Shown: positions 27,000 to 41,570, numbered from the stretch's first letter. The stretch is DNA of 64,000 nucleotides from Octopus vulgaris (GCA_951406725.2 OX597826.1:46810001-46874000); one strand, 5' to 3'. Notes: generated by a model from the sequence alone, not told the origin. Program-made: numbers and translations.

Positions 27000-27537
27000 A
27001 TGCAATGTCAGGCCTTTATATGACTCTTGAACCCAGCCAAAGGTTTGCACATACATCACATAATGCATAGCTGTGCTGTTTGCCAAAGATAACAGGTGTC
27101 ACACTATGACTTCTTTTGACATGCCTTTTTAAACCTCCAGCTGAAAGGCATACCTTTATACAGGTTGCACATGTTCTGTTGTGAACAACAGCCATATCAC
27201 AATTCACAAGGGATGGATTCCTATTAGGTCTCTTATGGCTGACCAGGCCTGCATGACTCAAACTTTTCCTCCCACAAATCACACGCATAAAAAGCAACAC
27301 TCTTTCATTTTCCACAGGTCCATTCTTTCTAAACCTTCTCTTGATCTTCTAGTGCTTCATTCTCTCTCTCTTTCAAACATCGAACAACCACCGTGCACTC
27401 TTCTCCTCCATCCATTTTGATCTCCCAATCAACAGCTGAAACTCCTGTCTGTGTCAAAGCAAGTCTCTGAGGCATCTTTGAACCTCATTTTGGGTTTATG
27501 GGTTGACCTCCTACCATCTTCAAACTCACCATACAGA
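27000..27537 (-). mobile_element. RTE-clade LINE 3' remnant with C2H2-like tail
   Basis: LYGEFEDGRRSTHKPKMRFKD; ICGRKSLSHAGLVSHKR; CATCIKVCLSAGGLKRH. Confidence 0.8.
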
Positions 27538-27677
27538 TTCTGTGCGACACAGATTGTGACAAGACTGCCCCTTTGAAATACAGGTACTACTCACTTTTGC
27601 CAGCCGAGTAGACTGAAGCAACGTGAAATAAAGTGTCTTGCGCTGAAATAAAGTGTCTTGGGACAAACATAGACACA

Positions 27678-27726
<49 letters not shown>

Positions 27727-29321
27727 GCATATATACGACGGGCTTCTTTCAGTTTCCGTGTATCAAATCCACTCACAAGGCTTTGGTCGACCCGAGGCTG
27801 TAGTAGAAGACACTTTCCCAAGGTGCTACGCAGTGGGACTGAACCCGGAAACATGCAGTTCGTAAACAAGCTACTTACCACACAGCCACTCCTACGCCTA
27901 TATATATATTTATATATTTATATATATATATATATATATTTCTATACCTATCGCCATTTTTCTAAATAGGATTTTCTTGAGATACACATTTCAGTTTATT
28001 ATTATTTCTTTTTTTTTCATACAGTATAATGCTCCGGGAATTACCATCTATTTACTGTTTCTAACTTCGGTAAATTATTCCAGTTATTTCTGTCATGTAG
28101 CCATCATAATATTCATGTAAATGAGGAAAAAGTAGACAGCCAGGTAGGATCACATAATTTACATATTATACTTGTGTGAGATTTGTGATGTCTCGAGAAC
28201 AAATATTTCTTATAGGCACACATACAATAACAACTAAACTGATTGATAACTTGTAGAAACTATCCAGTATTTTCTATCATATTTGTAAAATGATTATACT
28301 GCTGTCAGTTTTCCGCCACAAACTTTCTGAATATCAGCCATACGTAAGTCGCTAGTCAACAAACTGAGCCAGCCGAGAGAAATGTGACGGCAAATATTTT
28401 GACAAGCGTGAAAGTCCAGTATTGGTCAGTAATGTTGTGGTAAATCTAAGGCCACGAGGATTCTCTGGTCGCTCTAATTATTCGTCTATTTTCTTTAGAT
28501 TCTATAAAACAGTCCGTCAGTGTATTTTGATAGACTCATTTCTAACGGATAAAATTTCGCTGGTCGAAATATATATCAGCCGAAAGTGATTTCCGTCAAA
28601 TAAAGATTCCTTTTTGATTTGTCATTATTTTTCTAATATTTTCTTCGGGTAACTGACCGATACGGTGAAACTGAGGTGCGAAGATTTCTTCCTCATCGTA
28701 AATACGAGAGTAGACCAGACGACGTTGATTCGCTTTAAAATTGTTTTTGCAATATTCAATTCCATTATGATTGACATACAACCGAATAGGAATAACGCTG
28801 TGGAAATGTAACCCGTGCCTAACTGACCGTAACAGAGGAATTTAGTGGAGAAGACAGCTTCTTACGTCGGAAAGCGGCTGGCCAATGCTGCCCGGCTTGC
28901 AATCGTCTCAGAGAGCGTAATTAAAGTTTATACAGAATAAACTAGATGGAGATTTCATAAGACAGACTTTTTAGATTATTATTTTTTTTATATATATATA
29001 TAGCATAATACAGAAGGAATTATAAAGTCTTTGCTGCTTCTAATTTTGGTTAATTATTACAATTATTTCTAGTTTGTAGCAATGGTAAAGCTCATGATGG
29101 TGGTGAAAAAGTAGGAAGTAATAGAGGAATAATGATATTATTGAAGGAATAGATTAGAAGGTTTAAAAAAAGGAGAATTGTGACGAAGTGAACTTCATTG
29201 ATAGCAGCCAATGTTCAAAGCAAGTCTTGCGTCTAATGACCTGTAATCGGTTTATAATATATATCATATATATTATATGCTTTTATATATATAAGTAGAT
29301 GTATATATTTATATGCATATA

Positions 29322-29371
<50 letters not shown>

Positions 29372-29435
29372 CTTAGGCACACACACACACACAAATATAT
29401 ATATGTGTGTGTGTGTGTACGTGGTTGTGTATACA

Positions 29436-29499
<64 letters not shown>

Positions 29500-29522
29500 A
29501 ATATACATATATATATATATAT

Positions 29523-29560
<38 letters not shown>

Positions 29561-29881
29561 GTAACCATGAAGAAAGAATGAGTTCAAAACAAAAATGTTA
29601 ACGTATTAAATCTTGAAGGTTACATTATAAAAATTCTTGAAACACGATGGAGTAACGATAGAAAAACTTATCAGTCACGCTCCGTTCTCCTTTCTGTCAG
29701 CCTCTCTCTGCCTCTCCGTCTCTCTTTCTCTCTCTCTCTTTCTCTCCCTTCCTTTCTATGTCCTTCTCTGTTTCTCTCTTTGCTTTGCACAAGTAAATGT
29801 GAAAAGAATTTTTATATTATTTAAAGCAAATTTAAGGACGATAACATTGGTTATTATCTTTTTATTTTGCCTCTCTAAATG

Positions 29882-30404
29882 TTTTTAGTGTAATCCAAAT
29901 AAGAAGGCAAGCATTTTAAAGTCAGCACAAACATCCCATTTAAACTTATCATAGTTTACTTTCTCAAGAAGCTATTTTACATTGTCATATTCTTCCTTCA
30001 TCTGTACCGAGTATGCAATAGACAGGGGTGGATGCTGATTTCCATTGTTTAATAAAACGGTTTTCAGGCTTTTAGTTGAGCTATCTCTGAAAAGTCGCCA
30101 TTCTTTAGGGTGGTGATCATTTCCAGTATCTGTAAACAAGCTATTTATATCTTTGCAGAAGCAGAGATACTCACTTATGCCTCCTGTACACTGTTAATCT
30201 GCTGTCCTTCCCCAAAAGATTCCATTCGTTCAGCCTGGATGCCAAAAGCTCAGCTCTGAACTTAGTGAAACTCAAATACCTAATACAATCATCCAGTTCA
30301 CGTTGATTTTGAAAGTGTGGGCAGGTACTCGCTTCTGGCTCAAATGTTTCATCCATTTTTTCGTTGTCGCCACCGTCAGACTCTCCTGCTAAGACCGTCA
30401 TCAT
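29882..30404 (-). mobile_element. Chapaev3-like (CMC superfamily) transposase remnant
   Basis: HFQNQRELDDCIRYLSFTKFRAELLASRLNEWNLL; EWRLFRDSSTKSLKTVLLNNGNQHPPLSIAYSV; WDVCADFKMLAFLFGL. Confidence 0.75.
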
Positions 30405-31008
30405 AGCTGAAAAATTTAAAACGCTGCATTTAATAGTTGAAACCTTAATAAGGTCTTCCCTTTTATATGTATCTAATATAATTATTCCTGAAACTTCAGA
30501 TTTTTAAATATGCTAGACCACTGGTTTTAAATTGATATTAATCAAATTAATATTCAATTTTTTACCCTTGTTATTTTAAATTTGAATTTAAATGGCTATG
30601 TTCTCTAACCGGCAAGATTCACTGCAGAGAATTATTTTCTGCAGAAATATTTCCGGTAGTTTGGCGCACCAAAACCAAGACATTTGAAATGTGACCCCAA
30701 TTGTAAATGGTAGAACTGTATACATGTTCAATCTCATGCGGACATCTCGAGTATAGTTCTGCAAATTATATTTGCAAAGGCGTTCACACTGACGACTTGC
30801 GGATATTTACGTAAATGATTACGTAAGCATTAACAACGAAATCTGGTTTATGATTAATCTATATTTTGTATCTTTTCATTTGTCTTGCACGCTTACGTTC
30901 TGGCGTTTGCTAATTTTCCTAGGAACATTCTTTTCTTAGTGGTAAGACCATAGCGGGATCTTCTTATAGCATAATGGATGTCTACTTACAGGTCATCCCG
31001 TTTATATG

Positions 31009-31051
<43 letters not shown>

Positions 31052-31213
31052 ATAAGTTTATGTATATATGTATATATATATATTATGTATGTATATATAA
31101 ATATATATATGTATACACGCACACAATCACATACATGTATATATATATACATATATGTATATGTATGTATGTATGTATGTATGCATGTATGTATGCATGT
31201 ATCTCTCTCTCTC

Positions 31214-31245
<32 letters not shown>

Positions 31246-31248
<3 letters not shown>

Positions 31249-31918
31249 GGTGCGGTGAATAAACTGTCATCTAAATAGCGCAAAAATGAAAATAACAATG
31301 ACAGCATATTTTAACAGATATATGTACCAAAATTACATAAAAATATCTTGAAATACTAGGGAGTAAATTTATTCAATAAAATCGCAATTGGCTTCAACCA
31401 CGGCCTCCAGACGACTTCGGAACCTCCTGCAGCTCTTCTACATGATCATATTGTTTAAGCTGGTGAATACTGCCATAATCCTTGCCTTCAGTTCATCTTT
31501 GGTATTTCATGGAGTTTTGTTGCGGCGCTACCCCCCTCCGGCACTTGATGAAGGCATCTGTGTTGAGTCTGAGGCCGTGTGGGAAGATGAATGGAGGCAT
31601 AATGTCGCCATCACTACTAATCACACCAAAATATATGATATTGTTTGAATGTTTGGCTTATGTCACTCTCCGTTTATGTCCTCAGATTGACACCCTAACA
31701 CTCTTAAATGTTCGTATTGGAGCTTCCGGTGCGAATTCTAAGCAGCACAGTATGACGTCTCCAAATTTCTGGCAGAGTAAATTGTGTCATGGTGCTGTTT
31801 TTCTCACAGACAGTGCCCAAATGTTCCTACAATACTGTGTAGTCGACAAAATCAAAACCAAACAATGTGCATGCGCGAAATTAAAAATATAAAGTGGCGA
31901 TAATTTTCCCGTCTCACG

Positions 31919-31921
<3 letters not shown>
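31246..31921 (-). mobile_element. Internally deleted Tc1/mariner element (maT/DD37D-like)
   Basis: TA flanks; degenerate TIRs cagggtgcg../cagcgtgag..; remnants MPPFIFPHGLRLNTDAFIKC and NTKDELKARIMAVF..CRRFRSRLEAVVEANCDFIE*. Confidence 0.75.
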
Positions 31922-31984
<63 letters not shown>

Positions 31985-32112
31985 ATATATATTCATATAC
32001 TTATGTGTGTATATGTATGCATATACAAGTATGTATGCGTTTGTGTCGATCTTTCCTCCTGTCTCTTGTCTCTCTGTATTGATATACATACATAAATACA
32101 TACATACCCACA

Positions 32113-32166
<54 letters not shown>

Positions 32167-32604
32167 AATAAAGAGAATTTCGATTATCCCCACGTGGTGA
32201 GTTGTAAAGTATATAAGAAATTAGAAAATGAAAAAAAGCACACTTATATAATTTTAATATAACTTTTAATATATCGACTGGTTTCGCAATCGCTATTCAT
32301 GATATTATGTTTTACTTATTTGAATATATATTTTTTCTGAAGAAAAAATCTTGTCCATGTATGTGATGAAATTCACGAGTGAATGACTTCACAAGTAGAT
32401 AAATAAAGGGAGGTAATCGGTTGTCGCTATTATTGTTATTGTTGTGGGTAAGGGAGATAACTGTTCAGCTTTCGGTAATGGGTGGGGATTATATATGTGT
32501 ACAGACAGAGACAAGTTTGAAAAACCTTGTTTAGTAGAGGATTTATGTACAGTGATGTAATCGTGAATTGAAATATGTAAAAAGATAAAAATTGTTTTTT
32601 ATTT

Positions 32605-32657
<53 letters not shown>

Positions 32658-33349
32658 AGTGCCTAGTTGAAACACCTGACTAAATAATTGATACGTTCAA
32701 TGATATAATGATTTTCAGAATTTTAGAAACTTTATATTCAACTATTTGTGAAATGCAACAGTCCATATTGGAGGCTTATTATCTTTTATGAAGATCAGAT
32801 CTTCTTCAAGATGAAGTCGTACAACGGCTTATCAAGCATGATTTCATGTTAAGGTTCGAAATAACTGTTTATCAAAAAAGATTCTCCTACTTCCAATGAA
32901 ATCAAACATCACGTCTTTCACGTTCAGTAACTGTGAAAATATTAAAACAGAATTGCAAAATTGCATATAATGAAATTATAGCAGAATATCGTGTAAATAT
33001 ATTCATATAAACGTACATTCACACACAGACACACACACACTCACACATACACACACGATATAACGCTCCCCCACACATCAATGTATGCATGTATGTAAGC
33101 GTCCGCACCCGTATAGGTGTATGTATTTGGTGTGTACGTGTTTTTGTGTGTGTGCGTGTTTGTGTGTGTGTGTGTGTGCGTGTGTGCATGTATGTGTGTG
33201 TGTACGCGTATGAAAGTAGATTAACCAGTATCATATATTTTAAGAACTAACTATTTCTACGAGGGAGAAAGTTCACTTAGTCTATATCTCTCTATTTCCG
33301 TATATATGTCCGTATATATGTTTTTCTACACACACAAACACACACACAT

Positions 33350-33384
<35 letters not shown>

Positions 33385-33748
33385 CATACGCACAGATTTT
33401 GTTAATTCCGTCCATCAATACATACGTATATATACACACACACACATAGAATATAAATATCAAACACATTGAATACAATTTCCATATGTTCATGCATTCA
33501 TAACTACGTTGTAAGTTATCTCATTTATTATTCAAATCTGTCGTGCTTGTATGATCATATAAAGTTCTTGACGGCATTAACAGTTTGTTCGTATTGTTCA
33601 TAAAACGCATATTCTTCTTGTTAAGAGGCGGGGAGAGTGATCCTTGATGAGTCTTCAAAGAAGCGAAACTAGTCGGATAATCGTCACTTTCACCTGCTTA
33701 AGCTCTTGTTATATGTCCATAGTGAGAATCAGCATATATATATTGAAG

Positions 33749-33779
<31 letters not shown>

Positions 33780-34078
33780 ATAGACGCATGACTCAGTGGT
33801 CAGAGCTCCGGGCTCATAATCATGTGGTAGGGTGTTCGATTCCTGAAACGGTCTGTATGTTGTGTTCTTGAGCAAATCATTTTAGTTCACGTTGCTCCGG
33901 TTCACTCATTTATAGAAATGAGTTACGACGTCACTGGTGCTAGGCTGTATCGGACTTTGCCTTTCCCTTGCTTAACGGAGGCTGGTATGCATGGGTGACT
34001 GCTACTCTTCCATAAACAACCTTATATAGATAGATATATAGATATAGATGAATATATACATATATGCATATATATATG

Positions 34079-34154
<76 letters not shown>

Positions 34155-34197
34155 TACATATGTGTATGTTACCAGTACACACACACACACATATGTA

Positions 34198-34394
34198 TTA
34201 TTTTCTATTTTGGGCACAAGGCCCGAAATATTTGGGGAGGGGGCCAGTCGATTGGATCTACCCCAGTACGCAACTGGTACTTAATTTATAGACCCCGAAA
34301 GGATGAAAGGCAAAGTCGACCTCGGCGGAATCTCAATTCAGAACGTGAAGTATTTTGCCCGGCGATGCCAACGTTTCTGCCAGCTCGCCGCCTT
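34198..34394 (-). mobile_element. Family A SINE
   Basis: Homologous to 329-557. Confidence 0.8.
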
Positions 34395-35128
34395 ACCTAG
34401 GTCCAAGGCTCCTTCATTGGAATTTCAACAACAGGGTATTAATGTATGTATGTATGTATGTATGTATGTATGTATGTATGTATGTATGTATGTATGTGTG
34501 CAGATTCGTATGTGTTGCTTTATGTATGCATTCTCATGCATATAGTTGCATATCTAGACATGCTGATATATATTTAAATGCTAACCTTCTGTAAAGTTTT
34601 GTAGATTGTATGTATGTATGTAGGATACAGGCGGGAAATGGAGTACAGGAGAAGCTTTATACTGCTCACAACAATCTTTTCGACACATCCTCCATCGACC
34701 TCTCTTGAGTGGGAATCTATACAACTGGTTGTGGTGCATCCGTCGGCGTGCGGAAACATCTCGTCAGGTGATTTAATGAGTGGTATCTCGGTAAATGATC
34801 TCTGTTTCGCTCTGATTTATCACAGCGTGTTGTTAGTAATCGTAGGTTTAAGCGGTTGTGTGCGACGAAACGATCGTAGTGAGGAGTATAAAGATTCCCG
34901 TGTATTCCGTTTTCCATTTGTTTCATACTCAACATACACTAAGGAATTCCTGAGGTAGATCCATTTACAATTGTGCAATTAATTACAATGGATGACGTCA
35001 GATAGCCATAGTCAGTGAACGTGCTTTATCGGTGTACTACTAGGAACATACCCAACACTTACATATTAACTTACACACACACGTACACACACACACACGC
35101 ACAAATATATATTATATGCATGCACGAG

Positions 35129-35169
<41 letters not shown>

Positions 35170-35512
35170 CACCAATGATAATATAACTATAAGGAGAACG
35201 GTTGAGATAACCGGATAACCGGATAACTGGATACAATATGTATAATATGGCAGAGGCAGGGTGTGGTGAGATGAGATGGGATATATATAATGAGCTAGGT
35301 GGGGGTGGAAGTGGAGATTCGCCAAAAAATTACAAGTACTTCTACCAAGTAAATTCCTACAGGCAACACGAAGACCCATAGAAACTGCGGGAAAATAAAA
35401 TAAAAAAAATCCTAAAAGTTACTGTGAAGAGTGGACAAAATCTCACTTACTTTCTTGTTATATTTGTTTTATTGATAATTCTGGTGTTTTGATATTGTTG
35501 TTGTTGTTGTTA

Positions 35513-35588
<76 letters not shown>

Positions 35589-35708
35589 GTTCGTTCTGGA
35601 TCCTTTTTCTGATTTCCGCTTGTCCGCATTGATTTACTTGTCTTCAAATACCTTACTTTTCATTCCGAACCCCATCTCATACACAACCACACACACACAC
35701 ACACACAT

Positions 35709-35749
<41 letters not shown>

Positions 35750-36182
35750 CATTTCTCCATCACCAACACACATATAAATATACGGTCGTACACAAAGACA
35801 CACACACAACTTCATACACACACTCACACACGCGAACATAAATAAACATGTACGTATATCTATTTATCTAGCTATGAATCTACTTATTTTTGTATCTACA
35901 TATCTATGTATCTTCGTATCTTTGTGTCTATCTCTTCTTGCTGTATGTTTGCCTGTCTGTCTTATAAATTTTCTTTTTCTCTTATCCTCCCCCCGCTACT
36001 ATTTTCACTCGTGCTTTCTCATGGCTCTCATTCTCCCTCACCTCCTCCATTCTACCGTTTCTTTCTTCTTCTATACACAATCATACATGGCGTGTAAGTG
36101 CAAATGTATACGTTGTACAACATCTATGTATATATACATATATATTCACATACATATGCATGTACTTATGTGTATGGGTATG

Positions 36183-36231
<49 letters not shown>

Positions 36232-36382
36232 ATGTATATATATATATATGTATATATGTATATTTATATAAATATATATATACACATATATATTTATATA
36301 TATGCGTATATGTATATATATATATATATATATATGCATATATATATATACATATATATGTGCATATATATATATACATACA

Positions 36383-36418
<36 letters not shown>

Positions 36419-36799
36419 TCTTTACATATATATGTATATATATTCATACACGTATATATAAATATATATATGCATATATATGACACACGTCAACTTGTAT
36501 AGATACACACCAAACACATACATACATATAAATATGATATATATGTACATATACATATATATGTATACAAGTGTATATATGTGTGTATGTGTGTATGTAT
36601 GTATGCATATGTATATGTGTACATGTACATACTAAGCGCGCTGTGTGAAAAGCTCCCTTCTAGATAGACATAACATACGGAATACTGCGCCAACACCCAC
36701 GACGTATGTTTATTTACTATTGTCAAAGTAAGAGTCCTTTCTAGCCGGTCCCCACGCGCTCGTCTTACTAGAGTGATAATGATCATCACCATGATGACG

Positions 36800-36859
<60 letters not shown>

Positions 36860-36946
36860 ATTGTTGTTGGTATAATTTCAATGAGCATCATCGTCGTCAT
36901 CAGCATCTTCAACATCCTCCTCCTCCTCCTCCTCCTCATCATCATC

Positions 36947-36978
<32 letters not shown>

Positions 36979-37857
36979 TGCCATCATCATTTCTGCCGGT
37001 TTAACTGTGTTATCAAACAATAGGTTAAGTTTACAGTCATTCATTTAAATGCAAATCTTTATTTGCCTATGAAACATAACGTGCGATATATATAACAATT
37101 TTATGCCGAAGGTGTGTGTATATAGTTCTGAAAAAATGTTGACATCGACTCCTCTTACAGAAGAAAGCGGTCGATGTTCAAACAAGCTGGTCAGAAATCG
37201 TTAGCCAACCGAAGTCTTGTGCGGTTGCTGAAAGGAAGAAACAAAAGAAAAATTATAAAAGGAAAGCAAAATGAAATAAAATAAAATAAAATAAAATAAA
37301 ATAAAATAAAATAAAATAAAGTAAAATAAAATAAAATAAAATAAATAAGACCAACCAACATGTTTCCAGCGGTTTTGTCTGTTGGCCGACTGGGTGAAGC
37401 GATTCTGCGAGCATGTCTCTGAATAGAGGTAACATTAATGAATTACCAAGTCTTTGTTTAACTTGGAACAACGTTCTAATTGTTCATTGGTCTAGCTTCA
37501 TTGGACCAACAGGTTCCTTTTTTTTTGTGTTTTTGTTTGGTTTGTTTTTGTGTTTGTTTCTTTTTTCTTCTTCTCCAAAGCAAGAGATCATAGATAAATA
37601 TACAAAGAAAAGAGAGAAAAGAAGACAGACAGGCACGCAGGCAGTGTGACAAGCAGGTAGACATTAAAAGTGTACGTACACGCATACATCTTTAAATCTT
37701 CAAAACATGCACACTTATTCACATACACACGCACAGACGCGCACGCACACACACGCACACGTACAAGCACATACACATAAATTTCAATGTATTTCTGTAT
37801 ATGTGTATGTATGTATGTATGTATGTATGTATGTATGTATGTATGTATGTATGTATC

Positions 37858-37939
<82 letters not shown>

Positions 37940-38112
37940 CATGTGTGTGTATGAGTGTATATGTATTAATGCATGTATATGTATGTATATATATATATAT
38001 TTATAGGTATGTGTATATATATATATGTATATATGCATATATCTATATCTATATATATATATACATATATAGACACACATACATATGTATATAGATATAT
38101 ATATATACATAC

Positions 38113-38185
<73 letters not shown>

Positions 38186-39461
38186 CACACCTGTTCGCAG
38201 TGTATGCACAACAGTAAAATACTGGTTTAAGATTTTGACACAAGGCCAGCAGGTTTGAGTAAGGAGCTTGTACTTGTTTTATCAACTCCGAAAGGATGAA
38301 AGGCAAAGGTGACCTTGGCGGAATTTGAACTCAGATCCTAAAGACAGACGTCAAAAGTAGAATATTAAATTCTTTGTACACTGTGTTCGCACACGCGCGC
38401 GCATGTGTGCATGGAGTGATGATATAAAATGTGTATGGAGTATATACATGTAAATTGTTATATGGGACAGCGTGCGTGGTAGTGTTCGATATCATATATT
38501 TATATATATATATATATAATGTGAGTGTGTGTAGTATTTTTTATATGTCTGTATAGATAAATAGGTACCTGGATAGATATCGTTGCAAATATACGAGGGA
38601 ATGTCATTAAATATACGATTTATAGTTGTAAAAGTCATATCCTGCGACGATGTAAACTTCCAAGGCGTAAACTTCTTTACAATAGTGATCCATAAATGGC
38701 TGCTATCAAAGCGATTTTGTTTTGTGCAACTCTGTGACTATTCTTTTCAAACTTTGCTAAATCCATTCCACTTGTGAATAATTACGCAGAGAGAACAATA
38801 ACAACTAATTTGTATATTATTTACTATTTCATCAACAAACAGTATGTTTAAGAGAACCACCAAGTCACAGACTCGTTCGGGGTTGCCATCGGTAGAGGAT
38901 ATGATCGTCCTCATAACTTTTGTCGAAACTGTAAGTTAAAAGACACTTTCTTAAGCTGTCACGCAGTAGGACTCAACCCGCAACCACGTTGGGCAAGGGC
39001 CTTCTCTCTTTCTCCTTTCTCTCTCTACCTATATATCTATCAATCAATTTATCTATCTGTGTGTATATGTGTGGCTGTGTTGCAAGAAGTTTGCTTCCAA
39101 ACCACATAGTCCCGGGTTCAATCCCACTGCGTGGCACCTTGGGTAAGTCTCTTGTATTTTGGCCTCGGGTTGACCAAAACACTTGTGAGCAAATCTGGTT
39201 GACGGAAACTGAAAAAAGTCACTCGTACATATGTTTGTGTGTGTCTGTCTTTGAGTTTATGTTTGTCCCCCACCACCGTTTGAAAACCGGTGTTAGTGTC
39301 TTTATGTCCCTGTAACCAAGCGGCGAGGCAAAAGAAAACGATAGAATACATACCAGGCTTTAAAAAATTAAAGTACTGGGGTTGATTCATTCATCTAATA
39401 TTCCTTCAAAGCGGTGACACCGCATGGCTGCAGTCTAATGACTGAATCAAGAAGAAGATAA

Positions 39462-39593
<132 letters not shown>

Positions 39594-39686
39594 ACCGGAG
39601 TAAGCACATAGATGTGAAAAAAGGTGAAAAAAAGAGTACTCGAATACCAAAGGTAGAGTAATATGCTTTATTTAAAAGCAGCAAAA

Positions 39687-39724
39687 CTGTCCGGCGAACG
39701 GGAACATGAAACTCTGAGTAACAG
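39687..39724 (+). ncRNA. Hammerhead-like motif, variant core CCGGCGA, inside an inverted repeat
   Basis: ctgt-CCGGCGA-ACG ggaa CAT-GAAA-CTC t GAG-TA-acag; enclosed by a 23-bp inverted repeat at 39661-83 / 39740-62. Confidence 0.5.
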
Positions 39725-39761
39725 CTTTTGTTATATTTCTGTTGCTTTTAAATAAAGTATA

Positions 39762-39804
<43 letters not shown>

Positions 39805-40208
39805 GGAGAGAGAGGGAGAGAGAGAGGGAAAGAGAGAGAGAGAAAGAGAGAGAGAAAAATGAAGAGAGAAAAAGACGACAAATAACACCGAATATTGTAC
39901 CGATAGTTGGCACAATTGTCGATAGTTTCGAACAGCAGGATCTGTGCTTTGATCATGGCTGTTATAATGTTAAAGATGTCTCCACGATTAATTTTTTATA
40001 CCACGAACCGGTTTCATGCCGGACAATTTTTCCGCTGACCTTTAGTGGCACATATGTGTAATTTCGATAAAGAGAGCAATAATAAAAAGAGCAATTTATT
40101 AAAAGGAAGAAAAAGTGTATAATCTTTTGATCCTCCTCTCTGGGCTCCAGCCTGGCCACACACTTTCTTGTTCAGTTTCCCTTAGTTACACTATTATCAC
40201 ATCAATAT

Positions 40209-40448
40209 CAACTCACCATAATATACAATCAGTGGCATCTCTGAACTTGTTTCCCTGCAACTGGGACGGTCCCATCTAGGAGTGATGGGAGACAATGATA
40301 CTCGAATTATGTTCCTCAAGTCTAGTCTACTCTGTAGTTTTGTTTTGGTTATTGTCCCAGCAGAAAACCCCGCTTGTTTCTTTGCGGCCCGATAGCAAAT
40401 GATCCACGGGCCGCTACTGGTCCGCGGCCTGGTGCTTTTGAACCTCTG
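40209..40448 (-). mobile_element. hAT-Charlie/Buster remnant (MER1/Charlie3-like)
   Basis: Minus strand encodes SLSPITPRWDR..VAGKQVQRCH* (one frameshift); terminus ggtccgcggcctggtg...cctctg followed by ttctaaaa. Confidence 0.65.
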
Positions 40449-40986
40449 TTCTAAAATACCTGGCCTTTATCCAGTCAACACAAGATGTTAATTGGCTTAT
40501 ACCTGTCGGCTAGAATCAGTTTAAAAAAAAAACAATTCACGTGTCCCAAAACTTAGAAAGGGCATAGGATTTATTTAGGCAATTTAGGAAGTAACCAATA
40601 AATTTGGTCACTTTAGTGTAAGATCGACATGACGTGAGAAATAGCTTAGTTGAAAACCAACAATTAATCGCTCTGAGTGGGTTGGATATTGGTTTACTGT
40701 CTATTAGCTTTATTTATCGTTTCGTTCACAGTTACGAGTATAGGGTGCATCCAGTTAAGCGAACCCACCAATAAGTTGAAACCCTTTTAAATGTCCCTGA
40801 TATACTAAATTTCAGTGAGCTAAAACTAGTTTGTACGTTTGCAGTGTGTGTTGTGTTGTGCTCTGTATTTTTGTTTTTGTATGTAAGTGGGTATATATAT
40901 TTTAATATTTTGTTATGTTTCACTTTCTCTCTCTCTCTCCCTGTGTGTATGTATATATACATATACGCACCCACATATATATATAT

Positions 40987-41026
<40 letters not shown>

Positions 41027-41131
41027 ACACACACACATATATGTACACATATATATAATTTATATTTATATATTAATATGTATTATATATATATATATAT
41101 ATATATACATATGCGTATAAATGTGTATATG

Positions 41132-41165
<34 letters not shown>

Positions 41166-41481
41166 ATATATATATATATATTCATATATATATATACGTA
41201 TATATATATATATAGGTATGTTTACATATAGATATATATATATATATACATGTGTGTATATGTCTGTGTATTTGTACGTATATATATATATATATATATA
41301 GGTATTTTAAAACACAATAAGTATACCATTAAACCCACACCATGGTGAGTGTTCAACGATATAGTTACAAAAATATCAATATATAATGTCGAAATATATA
41401 CACTCACTGCAAGTTTATATGGAACAGTGAAGTTTATTCGCCATATAATACGTCCATTATATAGACACACGAACCAAATAC

Positions 41482-41570
<89 letters not shown>

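Noticed and set aside
34614-34958. 114-aa ORF and a CTGACGA on the minus strand
   Set aside because: No protein family recognised, and no convincing stems I and III around the core
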